From assembly GCA_973895155.1 (NCBI GenBank), contig OZ316892.1, positions 696,917 to 760,916 on the forward strand: a stretch of 64,000 bases of DNA, read 5' to 3'. The stretch's first letter is position 1. Each line of letters opens with the position of its first letter. Positions 51,862-63,018 of the stretch are shown in pieces. The stretch comes from Marsupella aquatica. Taxonomy: Eukaryota; Plantae; Marchantiophyta. Below the pieces are notes generated by a model. It saw nothing but the letters and a program-made list of their open reading frames with translations. It was not told the origin of the DNA and did not search any database. The position numbers and the translations under genes were made by a program.

Positions 51862-54426
51862 TTGGTCACCACGGATTCTTCTGGTGCTGCTGGATTACCC
51901 AATGGACGACGGACCGGTTTCACTCGGAGTGGGGCACAGTTTCGGCCAGCGGCATTGGTAGCAGTCAGCAGTGCAGCTTCAGACAGTGATTCTGATGAGG
52001 ACTCAGTGACCAGTTCTCCTCATCATCAGGTGGTTGCACCTTTGTTGTGGGATATGGACGAGATGTACGGGGCTACAAAGGGCCCACGATGATACTCTGG
52101 TGCAGTTGGCACGATTGATCTGAATGACTTCATCCAGGAGTTTGATACGTGGTGCGATATGCAGACATTGCGTAACGCCACATTCTTTACCCCTTTCATG
52201 GCATGGAAGGGATTATTTTAGCATTTGGAGGGGCCACCCATGGATGACTACCATGAGTTTCGGAAGGCTCATTTGGTTGAGATTGAGGCATGGAGGCAGC
52301 ATTGGTCGCCTAATTACGTGTCCATCACCTATGGCACTAGTGCGGCTGCCCAACCCATTGCCACAGCTGTTGCCTCTTCTAGCAGCACTAGCCAGAGTGG
52401 CACACCATCCACCAGCAGCACTCCAGCAGCATCCACCGCTACTCCTGCCGGTGTGATTGTGACAGGAACTGGAGTTGCACCAGCATTTAACCCTGTGGTG
52501 GAATTCTTTGAGGTACTGAAGCAGAACTATCAGGGTGTAAGAACTGATAAGTTGAAGGGTCTTGAGGAATTTCAGCGCAAGACTGGAGAGAGTCTACGTG
52601 AGGCATACACTCGTATGCGTAGATTGATCACTGTCACCAAGGGAGTGACAGAGACTCAAGTAGTCCAGTTTTGGTATGCAATTCTGGACAGAGAATTGCG
52701 ACGTAGAGTGAGAGATGTCACTCTGCTTAGGGATGCAGATCCCACATTAGCAGTTGTTTTTACACTTTCTGAGCGCATTGAGCTCAATATGGTGAATGAG
52801 AAGGTGGTGACTTCCGGATTTTCCAAGGAAGCACCAAAGGCTGCATCCACATCCACACCACAGCCTACTGCACGGAAGAGCCAGAGGGAGAAGCCTACTG
52901 CACGAGAGTCTACCAGCCAGAGACCTGTGCCCTCTTATGCTGGACAGCAGTCAGGATGTTGGACCTGTGGTGGGGATCATGCATAGAGATATTGCCCAGA
53001 TCATAGAGGATCAGGGGGAGCATCAGCGTCTGATTAGCGACAGTGTGATCACTGTGGAGCTCTTGGACACACCAAGGATAGGTGTTTCTCACTCCATCCT
53101 GAGTTACGAAGAGGAGGATCCCGTACACATGATCAGGGAAGAGGAGGAGGAGGTAGAGGCGGTGGATGTGGTCGTGGCATGCCACATGCAGGGAGACAGG
53201 GAGGTGACACTGCCCCTGCTGTAACCATAGATCCAAAGGATGCTAAGATTGCGCAATTGGAGCAACAGCTAGCTGCCATGGCTAGTTCCCAGGTGAGACC
53301 TACTTCTGGTGATGGGGCATCAACATCCTATGGACCTTCCACATCCCATGGTCCTTCCACATCTTATGGAGCTGATGGAGACCTTGCCACCATGGGATTC
53401 ATGTATGGCACTGCACATATTGATGCATCAGCAGCTTTGACACGTGGGGCAGCCAAAGCTCTTGAGCCCCGAGGAGCAGTAGTGGAGTTAGATCCACAAA
53501 GGGGGGGTGCACGTTGGCAGACAAAGCTTCCTCAGTCTTTAACATTGTCAGAGACAGTTCAGACTGCCTCTATGAACCCGGTTCGGACAAACCCTGATGT
53601 GGGTAAGTTGGCAGAATCAGGCAGTGATGCAGCAAGGATGACAGGTACCTTGCTGGGGGCGGCTACTGCCATGGTACGTGCCCCATTATTTTTAGCGACA
53701 GACATGCTAAACTTGGGAGTTGGTCCTGCAGAAGTGTTCAGATTGGCAGCTACACTCTGTGAGGACACTCCAATGGTTGCTTCCCATGCAAAAGCAACTT
53801 GTAGTGTTGATGCAGTGAAGACCATGCCACCTACTGCTACTAGTGAGACATGGCATGCAGCAGCAGCGAGGTTGGTGGATTTACCAGCACGCCCTGCATT
53901 TGAGAGGACTAGGTTTAAACCTAGTGTTGTATCATTGGATAATCGGAGTGGTATCTTCCGATTAGTTGGGCCTTCTGGAGCAGTATACCAGCCAGAGAGG
54001 GTGTTACTAGATACTGGTGCTCAGCCCTTGATGTTGGGAAAGTCTGCCATACGTGGATTGGGATTGCATCCAGAGGATTTGGAGGATTGTCCCTTTCTCA
54101 TTCAGACTTCATTGGGGGGACCTACACCTACACAGCACATTACCAAGAGACCTCTTGATTTGAGGATTCAGGAAGGTCATACCACAGATAGCTCACAGAT
54201 ACAGGCGCAAGCTATTCTGACTAAGGCAGAGTCACATGATGTGTTGGTGGGATGTACAGTGCTCTACCCCATGGGATTTATTCTTGATTTTTGGGAGGAA
54301 TCAGTGTTATATAGACCTGATTGGCAGTCAGAAGATGCTCGATTGAGAAAATTGCCAGTGAGATTTAGTGGACCTGTGGGAGGCCTAAATCCACACCATT
54401 GTCTTTGGCAGCATTCAGTGGTCTAA
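51862..54426 (+). pseudogene. Gag (two zinc knuckles) plus aspartic protease, one frame interrupted by stops
   Basis: Capsid-like FQRKTGESLREAYTRMRRL; CWTCGGDHA*RYC (~52957) and CDHCGALGHTKDRC (53044); protease VLLDTGAQ (~54001). Stops at 52090, 52219, 52984, 53035. Confidence 0.88.
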
Positions 54427-54699
54427 TTGTTGGACCTGATGATTTGATTGAGGGTAATGCACATGCAACAGATGTTCCACCATTGGAGGAGTCTCATAAG
54501 GAGCACATCATGCGAGGATTACCTGTTGGCAGTGTTGTGCCACCAGTGTGGGGCACTGCACAGGCCTTGCCACAGATAGCAGCACGATTGGTACATGATG
54601 CATGGCGTCATGCTTTTACACCACAGTCAGGAGCAAAGCAGCCTCTTGCAGATGGACCTATGACTCTTTCACCATTGGATACCACTCCTATTGCTTGGC

Positions 54700-55680
54700 A
54701 GTATCCACCGGAGGGTATTTGTTTGTTGGATCTTTTTGGTGGGATTAGCATTGGATTGGCTGTTGTTCTTCAGGTAGGAATTCCTATGCATCGTTATTTG
54801 TATGTGGAGTCAGATGAGACAGCACGAAGGGTCTCATTGCGACATGTGGCTATGTTGGTGGATAGATATCCACAATTGCTGCCAGTGGATGCTGTTCGTG
54901 GTTATCAGCATGCACTACCTACTGATATTTCATTGCTAGGGGCAAATCATCTGCATCGTGTTGGCCCCATTGATTTGGTGATTGCTGGTTGGCCATGTCA
55001 GGGCCAATCTAGAGCTGGCATTGGGCATGGACTTCATGATCCACGCTCTGCATTGTTTTGGAAGATGTTACGGGTGCTGCGTCATCTCCAGCTACATCAG
55101 ACAGTCTCCAGCATACATTTTGGAGAATGTGCCATTGTTAGGTGATGATCGTAGTCGGATTGTTGCCAGTGTTCACCAGGTGAGGTCTTGGATTGGACCT
55201 GCTGTGTTATTGGATGCTGCACGTGTGGGTTCTTGTGCACATCGTCCACGCTTGTGGTGGACTAATTTGATCCCATGTGAGGTGCTGAAGCGAGCATTTG
55301 ACAGCATTCCACGCTCACCAGTCTTAGTGGTGGATGATATTTTGGATCCAGGGCGTCGTGCACAGGGTGTGACCCAACCTGATAGACCTCCATTGGCAAT
55401 GGTCAATGCAATTGGGTGCCCACGTTGTGCATTACCCACTCTTGTAAGCCACTCTGCTTCATATGCATTCAGAGCAGGTGGCCCTGGACTTGTGTGGGAC
55501 ACAGCTCTCCAGCAGTTAGTGCAACCTACTGCTGATGAGAGAGAGCGTGCTATGGGATTTTTGACTGGCACCACTGCAGTTGCCTCTGTGTCAGAGGGTT
55601 TGCGGCGCCAGGTTCTTGGTCAAGCAATGGACCTGAATTGTTTGACTTGGATTATCAGCTTGGGAGTAGCTGAACAGTTG
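54700..55680 (+). pseudogene. C5 cytosine DNA methyltransferase domain (DNMT3-like) within Pol
   Basis: Motif I LDLFGGIS (54726), II YLYVESD, IV DLVIAGWPCQ (54993), VI ILENV (55123), VIII AHRPRLWWTNL (55243), IX ERERAMGF (55537), X RRQVLGQAMD (55618). One frameshift at ~55100. Confidence 0.93.
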
Positions 55681-55896
55681 CGGATGCGCTCTGCTGGAAT
55701 TACTGATTGTCCCTTGGTGAGCTTGCGGTCCACTGAGACAGTACTGACCACAGCTGGGGACGAGCAAACAGTCCATGGACCTATGGCAGGATTGGCCAAG
55801 GCTAGACAGATTGTTGAGCAGGAAGGGACTGCTCAATCTACTGCTAAATAGCAATCATCGGCTATCTCTTCTACCCTACAAAGAGATATTAGGGAT

Positions 55897-56262
55897 TTGG
55901 TGGAGAGTTGGGAACCACAGCTTGGCCCTAAGTTGACAGGGGAGGGGAGACGTCGCATGCATCGATTCTTGAAGAGTTACTGGAATTGTTTTGCATTTAG
56001 CATGAAAGATTTGGGGACATTAAAGGGTCCTGGTATTCAGATTGAATTGGCTAGTGATGCGCCAATCTTTCGTAGGCCGTACCGTTATAGTGACATGGAG
56101 AGAGCTCTGATTCAAAGCAAAACTCAAGATTTGTTGGAGGCTGGATTAGTGGAGATTTCATATGGGGAGTATGCATCTGCCACAGTGATGCCAGCCAAGA
56201 AGGATGTGCATGGCAATTACACAGATAGGCGCATGTGTGGTGATTACAGACCCATTAATCGC
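55897..56262 (+). pseudogene. Reverse transcriptase N-terminal fragment (core deleted)
   Basis: PIFRRPYRYS...DLLEAGLVEIS...YASATVMPAKKD...RRMCGDYRPINR joins directly to the RT/RNase H connection; no YxDD. Confidence 0.88.
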
Positions 56263-56710
56263 CTTTCAGGAGTTGAAGCAAAGATTGGCATCATCCCCTA
56301 TTTTGAGAAGACCCATTTCAGGCAGACCATTTCAGCTACACACTGATTGGAGTGGAGTAGGACTTGGAGCAGTGCTGACTCAGAAGGATGATGAGGGGAA
56401 TGAGTTTGTTGTGGCTTATGCCAGTAGATCAAACAATTCAGCAGAGGCTAAGTATAGCTCTTATGAGGGAGAGTGTTTGGCAGCAGTGTGGGCTATTGCA
56501 CACTTTCGTTGCTACTTGTTTGGTAACCCCTTCACCTTGATCACTGATCATCAGCCTCTTAAGTGGTTAATGGAGTCTGACAAGCTTACAGGGAAGCTTG
56601 CACGATGGGCATTGTTGTTACAGGAGTATGATTTCCAGGTGGTGCATAGGCCTGGAAAAGTGAACTTGGATGCAGATGGATTAAGCTGCAATCCATGTAC
56701 CAGTCAGTAG
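56261..56710 (+). pseudogene. RT connection plus Ty3/Gypsy RNase H
   Basis: AFQELKQRLASSPILRRP, FQLHTDWSGVGLGAVLTQ, VAYASRS, YSSYEGECLAAVWAI, FTLITDHQPL, KLARWALLLQEYDF, NLDADGLS. Confidence 0.92.
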
Positions 56711-56752
56711 GATGAGACTTGAGCCAGATGGCATGATGAGTCAGATAAGGAG

Positions 56753-58140
56753 ATGGTGCCAGGATGGCATGCATCTGCCTTTCTTTGTTGGGTGCCAGCA
56801 TACAGTGGATCTGTGGACTCTACCTCATTGGATGGAGTGGATGATGAGTCTTCAGATGTGGATGTTGGTGAGGTAACTTTTGGACAACAAGATATTCACA
56901 ATGATGTGAGAGTGTTGGAATATCTGCGTAGTGGTTCTATTGTTGGCAGTGTTGATGCCAAAGAACGTGACAGGGTTCTACAAAGAGCCAAGAGGTTTCG
57001 ATGGGAGAGAAACCATCTTTTGAGAGTACTGCATAATGGTAGGGTGTTGGTGGTACCAAAACCATCACAACGAGTACATTTGGTGCGACATGCACACGAG
57101 GAGTTGGGTCACTTTGGTGTGAAGCGCACTTATAGCTTGTTGCAGACACAATATTGGTGGCGTGGTATGCACACTCATGTCCAGCAGTTGATAGCTAAGT
57201 GTGTGGTATGCGATAGAGTGAGAACATCATTTAATGCTCTCACTCCCCAATTGCACCCATTACCGATCATGGGTTTGGGATATCATTGGAGTTTGGATTT
57301 TGCTGGTCCATTACCTCTTATCCAACGCCATAATCGGTATGTTTTGGTCATGGCGGAGCACTTCTCCAAGTGAATTGAGCTAGTGGCGTTGCCAGATAAA
57401 GCCAGTGGAGGAGTTGCTGCTACATTTTTGGATCGTGTACTCAGTCATTTTGGAGCACCAGCTGAGGTGTTGACTGATCAGGGAACTGAGTTTCGTGGAG
57501 AGTTTGAGAGTTTGTGTGAACAAGCTTTGATTGATCATCGTACTACCTCTCGTGATCATCCTGAGGCAGATGGATTAGCTGAGAGAGTTGTGCAAACTGT
57601 GAAGAGAGGATTGCGTAAGTATGGCTTGCAGGTTGGTCATCTGGGAGATTGGGATCTCCAGCTACCTTGGTTAGCTATGGGCTACCGTTTCAGTCGGCAA
57701 GCATCACTTGCATCCTTCTCACCTTACTTTTTGCTCTATGGTAGAGAGCCAGATTTGCCAGCAGCTATTCGTCGTGATGCTGCACCAGTTGTGAACTTGG
57801 ATGATCCTGATGTTTGGGTCAAGGTGTGTTCAGAGAGAGCACGGGTATTTCAGAGAGTAATGCCCATGGCTTTTGACAACCTTGCCATTGCCCAACATCG
57901 TGATACTTTGAGGTATGCCACTATTCGTGGAGGAGGTTACCGTGCAAGCATTTGACGATTTCATCCTGGTGATTATGTTTATTTGCAGTAGACAGCACCC
58001 ACCACACTTGATGTGACCGCAGGCCGGACAATCTTACGTGTGCGTGAAGTGTTGCCTTCTGGTGTCCTGATGTTGGAGGGACGTGATGGTATGGTTTGGA
58101 AGGATCATGTGCGCAACTGTGCACCATGTCACCTTCCCAA
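56753..58140 (+). pseudogene. DDE integrase with H2C2 zinc finger
   Basis: HEELGHFG...CVVC, WSLDFAGPL, LTDQGTEF, GLAERVVQTVK, SPYFLLYGREP. Stops at 57371, 57953 and ~57989. Confidence 0.92.
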
Positions 58141-58196
58141 CATATATTGATGGTACAGTAGATCCAAGCTTGGCACATGTTCGTGCTGGCTTGAAA

Positions 58197-58337
58197 TGTA
58201 TGTTGTGTGGATCTGCTCAGGGAGCAGCTACTATGTTGATTTGTGATAAGTGTTCTAGAGGATGGCACATGTCATGTTTGACACCACCATTACAGGTGAT
58301 TCCTAGTGGATCATGGTTGTGTCCTCAATGTCGGTGA
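58197..58337 (+). other. PHD finger at the C-terminus of integrase
   Basis: C4HC3 pattern CMLC-x10-ICDKC-x4-HMSCLTPPLQVIPSGSWLCPQC*; joined to the IN frame via a frameshift at ~58140. Confidence 0.92.
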
Positions 58338-58501
58338 AGCCGACTAGTTATCATTTGTGTTCTCTTGGCAGATATGGATTGCAGGTAGGTGATCGATGGG
58401 GCTCACTTGCACCCGGCCTCTTGATCTTCACACCTAAAAAGGTGTATATCAACCTTGTAGAACTCATGGCTAGCTAGAGTTAGGGGACTTTACTCCCAGC
58501 T

Positions 58502-58511
58502 AGGGGGACGA
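58502..58511 (+). promoter_or_regulatory. Polypurine tract
   Basis: AGGGGGACGA immediately before the TG that starts repeat B1. Confidence 0.7.
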
Positions 58512-58512
58512 T

Positions 58513-58648
58513 TGTGGGTTTTGGACATGTGTGGACATGAGTTCCACTTGTATTCCATTCTCTTGTGTTTGTGATGTGGCAGTGTGACTATGTGTGGATG
58601 TATGTGACAAGCGATGTATGTTGTGTAGCGATGTGTATGCGCACGACA
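58513..58648 (+). repeat. Terminal repeat B1 (TG...CA)
   Basis: 136 bp, one mismatch to 58980-59115. Confidence 0.95.
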
Positions 58649-58650
58649 GC

Positions 58651-58978
58651 TGTCACACCATTCTAGGTAGTGTTAGAGTGTATCGTACTATCTAGATCCG
58701 TATGTTTGGTACGTGTGCTATATGAGCCGATAAGGTTCCGTCAAGTTTGTGTGAGAGGGTACTTCTCACTTGTGAGGCATTGAAAGGTCATCTTTCAATG
58801 TTGAGCCTTGGAGAGAGAGGAGCTTGAGTGGCTATGGTGGTTGTGAGCTCCACTTGTGTAACGTGGATTCCTTGAGTAGTGCAAGGTGCGTTGGCTTGAC
58901 ATACGTGTGTGATCGGATCGGTGCGGGATCGATGGGGTATTGTTGACCGGGATCGTTGTGCCGATTGTATGGAGATTA
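58651..58978 (+). repeat. Terminal repeat A2
   Basis: Copy of 50228-50555; lacks the final CA and runs directly into B2. Confidence 0.95.
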
Positions 58979-58979
58979 T

Positions 58980-59115
58980 TGTGGGTTTTGGACATGTGTG
59001 GACATGAGTTCCACTTGTATTCCATTCTCTTGTGTTTGTGATGTGACAGTGTGACTATGTGTGGATGTATGTGACAAGCGATGTATGTTGTGTAGCGATG
59101 TGTATGCGCACGACA
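58980..59115 (+). repeat. Terminal repeat B2 (right end of element)
   Basis: Copy of B1; ends GACA, followed by CATC. Confidence 0.95.
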
Positions 59116-60716
59116 CATCTGAGATAGAAAATAGTTGAGTCAAGTAAAGCAGGGCTTTGTATGTGATGATTGATCACAATCATTTTATGAATAAATTTGA
59201 GCAATCATTTCTACTTGATACATTTTGTTATCACTAATTAGTTCTCCTCTATTTTGTAGATATAAACCATCTACATATGTACAACAATGGCAAACCAAAG
59301 GGTTTTGAATGATATTACTAATTTTGCAACCACCATTGGACAAGTCATTTCTTCTACAAGGTTTTAATATAGACATTACTAATTTTATCACTCTCCTCTT
59401 CTCTGTTTTATAAGAAAAATGCATAATTCAATTTTATTTGCTATTAAAAATGGATCATATATATATATCTAATTTGACTTTTTATTTTTTATTTATTTTT
59501 AGGCATGTTGAATGTTTCACTTATCATAAATGGAAGTGAAACTATTCGCATCAATGAACCAAGACAAGACGAATGTCTTCCGATCGCAAGAGTAAATTTC
59601 TCATATGAAATTGAAGAGCCATTGAATTTCAGGGACCAGCGCGAGTATCATTGAGAGTTGGCGAGACTGTTGACACTATGGGAAAGGCAAATAAAGCCAA
59701 ATATATGCAAGAATGACGTGCACAACAACGAGCCAAAAGATTAGATGCACAAGTAGACGGAGAAGTTACTGAGGTTATTGTGCCAAATAAAGCAACTAAA
59801 CGGGCTAAACAACAAAAGGATCGACGCTCAATTGAAAAAACAACAAGGAACATTCATGTTGTTGTAGAGGATTCAGAAATTCTTCATATCAGGTATTAAT
59901 TTTTGTTTACAAATTTTAATGTGTGTTTGCATCCAGGCTACGTTTCTATCAAGATTTATTTCACTCTTAATTATATTTTTTGATAGGGAACTACCTATTG
60001 TTGGAGATGCACAATTACCTCTTTGGATTCAAATCAGTGTTTAGCATTGGTGCCCATGTAAGTTTTCCTTTTTAAAAGATTTTGATACTGTTTTTTGCAA
60101 GCACTTCTAAAAAAGGCCTTACATTTGATCTTCATGCTCAAATACTCAAGTCATTAGGAATACTATTTTTTTCATTGAAGATTACAACTTATTGGGATAT
60201 AATTTCATTGATTACATTTTTTTACTACACAGGGACCCAATTATTGTTGACAATGTTCGAGAACCTCCACAACTTCCTTCTTCAAATCAATGTTTAACAC
60301 CGGTTGCAAATGATCCATCTCCCACGTAAGTTTCAAGATATTATCATTTTTTGGAATTTCATAATGCAACCATTTTTAAAACATGACTGTGATTGATTGA
60401 TATAATTACAGGTTACCCATGCCTCTCATTCGAAGAAGCCTTCGAGATGAACAGATGCTCGCTAGAGCTGAGGGGCAAAGAAATAGATGTGCAAGGATAA
60501 TTAATGAGCCTGAATTTGTGCCTCTTATGACGCAACATGGGTCTACCTCTAGGTATGAAGCAAATTTATTCTCTTATCATAAATCATGAGTAAATATAAT
60601 TCTACCTTGAAATGTAAATAATATTTTATGTTGTTTATTGTTCTCCACTAGGGAACCGTCTCACAATGAAGATGACATAGTGCCTCCACAAATTACGATC
60701 AACCCACCACGTTGTT

Positions 60717-61253
60717 TGTGACGCCGCCAGCAAGGCTGTTAATTAGTAATATGGCTTAATCCATATTAGTACGCACAAAGTACACGTAGGAGTCCATAGT
60801 TATTAGCATAACAACACTAGATTTAGTCATGATGATTAAACTAGGCATGATAATGATGGAAATTCACTCAAGCTGGCGGCGCGGCATACCCCCAAATTAG
60901 GAGTGCATTATGGCTGTCAGCCTCGGGTCCATATAACCGATCCGGAGGCATGCTTAGACTCGGACTGGAAGAGTAAATGGTAAGCTTTGGACATGATAAG
61001 CCTAGCCAATCACAAGCAGGGGGAGCCAATTGTTTGATGCACACGCAGAGGTATAAAAGGGCGAGCTCTCCTTCCTCTGCCTCACTAATTCATTCCTCGC
61101 ACAAGCTTTGAGCCTCTCACTCCCGAGTCTTTCGGTCCACACTCAGTAATTCAGCCGGCCTTAGAACAAATCACCATAATTATGTCTGGTCCTAAACTGT
61201 CCAGTTCAGCCCCTAGGCCCTTAGTTTAACAAATATGGCATCCCCCGTGCGAA
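60717..61253 (+). mobile_element. Putative 5' LTR plus tRNA-type PBS of a second, decayed LTR element
   Basis: Starts TGTGAC, TATAAAA at ~61053, ends TAACA at ~61231, followed by TGGCATCCCCCGTGCGAA. No partner LTR in the window. Confidence 0.4.
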
Positions 61254-62877
61254 TGTCTCACTTGAGGGGTTTTTAAATCCCATTTTTGACTAGTTGTTAT
61301 AATTGCTTATAACCTAAGAAGCCCATGTTTAATGAAGTGTTTGATTATAATGAATGTAGGGGTTATTAATAAACTATCCCAAGTCACATTTCTCAAGGGT
61401 GAGTAATATGGGCTTGCCATGCGTCACCACCGGATTGGTACACGTGTCTAGACATGGTAAGGTGGACATGGTTTAATATGTGCCTATAGTAAGCACACTT
61501 TGGGGAATTTATTAGACGGCTGAGATCTCTCTTCTGGGTATTGGACGCTCTTGATCAACGGAGTGTTTCAACTCTCCCCGCCCGCACTCACCCCCAAAAT
61601 TTTCTTGCTTGGCAAGCGTCCCCCACTTGCCCCATGCTGGCATTCCCCTCCCCTTACTAAGTACCCCGTTGAGTACTCATTTTTTGCGTTATTGGATGAG
61701 TTTTGGAGGTTTTGTGTGGGGTCTTTAGGGTTTACACGAGAAAAAGTCAAGGCGCGCAAGCATTGAGGTTATGTCTGGGGGTCAATGTTGGTGGCGGGTT
61801 GGAGCCTATGGGAGGCTCTTTGTTTTCTTTCCCAGTTTGCGAGCGCCACCATGTAGCTTTGAGCTTCATGATGATGGCGCTACTCAGAAGGAAGGAAGAA
61901 CGCTGCAATCATTGTTGCAGATTTTTATTCAAAGGGGAGAACTGGTATGGAGGTGGGGATTGTCCTTGTATTTACTGCTTTATGTGATTGTCAATAGTTT
62001 CCTTTGCCAGACTCTGTTGTCAATAGTGGATTCACAATAGACTTCCCTTTGGTGGATTGCTCTTCCAAAATTGTTTTGCCCTCTTGGATCTTGTTTGATT
62101 AGCATTGTTCTTCTGCGCTTGGCTCTGTGCAAGTTTTATGACATTTGCTTGTCTATTTTGATTATCCAACAGGTATCGATTGTGAGGTGCAAGGCGACGT
62201 ACTGAGCTAGAGGAGAAATCAGTACCTTTTGTGAACCAGCATCCACATGTGCTAAGGTAATTAATGAATCTGGTTGAGAAAGCTTGCATCGGGAGCGGAG
62301 GACCTTTCCCATGATGCTAAGTTAGCAATGATCTTGGCTTGTCAACCACACATCCACTCTGACCAAGCATTCTAGGCTTTCTACTCCCAGGATATCACTT
62401 TTTCCATAGCCATCTTCCAGAGTTCTTAGCATAACCTTCAACTCCTCCTGCTATTTGAGTTGCAACTTAGCTTCAACTTGAGCAGCAGTCAAGTCAGTAG
62501 ACTATTCACAATTGAGTCTCCCTCAAAAAAATTGATCGAGTAGACCAACGCAAATCAATGGTCAACGAGGGGAAGCAAGGACTTCCGCCGCTATGACTTA
62601 AGAGGGTTGTTCTCCGATTGGGTAGGGTCACCGAGAGACGACCCCAAATTGAAGAAATGTTCAGGACAGATCTAGCGATCTGCAATTGTCATAGGAGACT
62701 ACTTTAATTGTTTAATTGCTTTAATTTAGTACACTCTGCCTACTTTGCCTGCTCATTTGCCTGTCTGCTTTCTTCTGACCTACGGTGTGTTTTAGAGGTG
62801 GCACGTGGATCCGGTCGAGGGCCAGCCATGGAAGGCACCCTTGAAGAAACAAGATTGTTGGAATAGAGGCAATCCTT

Positions 62878-63018
62878 CTTGCTGCTTCTCAGATGTCAAT
62901 TGTTGCTTCTCAAACTTCAATTGTTGCTTCTCAAAGGTCCATCGCTGCTTCTCAAACTTCAATCACTGCTTCTTGAATGTCAATCGCTGCTTCTTGAACA
63001 TCGATTGTTGCTTCTCCA
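62878..63018. repeat. 21-bp minisatellite, about 7 copies
   Basis: caat(t/c)g(t/c)tgcttct(c/t)(a/g)aa.. period 21; reads as a heptad (EATIEV..) with stops on the minus strand. Confidence 0.8.

Larger units (their letters stand above)
50228..59115 (+). mobile_element. Ty3/Gypsy-type retrotransposon with DNMT3-like methyltransferase, PHD finger and split (A...B-A-B) terminal repeats; decayed
   Basis: Termini TGTC...GACA; CATC flanks both sides (50224-50227, 59116-59119). Domain order Gag-PR-DNMT-RT-RH-IN-PHD. Repeat A at 50228 and 58651; repeat B at 58513 and 58980. Confidence 0.93.

Noticed and set aside
54700-55680. Bacterial restriction-modification system or contamination
   Set aside because: The domain is embedded within a retrotransposon pol flanked by intron-containing plant genes; no endonuclease partner.
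50228-59115. DIRS/PAT/Ngaro tyrosine-recombinase element, suggested by the split repeats and a methyltransferase
   Set aside because: No tyrosine recombinase recognised. The element has an aspartic protease, an H2C2+DDE integrase, TG...CA ends and a TSD, and its methyltransferase is C5-cytosine type, not Dam-like.
58513-59115. Independent TRIM with B as LTRs
   Set aside because: The 'internal' part is simply a copy of repeat A, and the target duplication pairs B2 with A1, not with B1.
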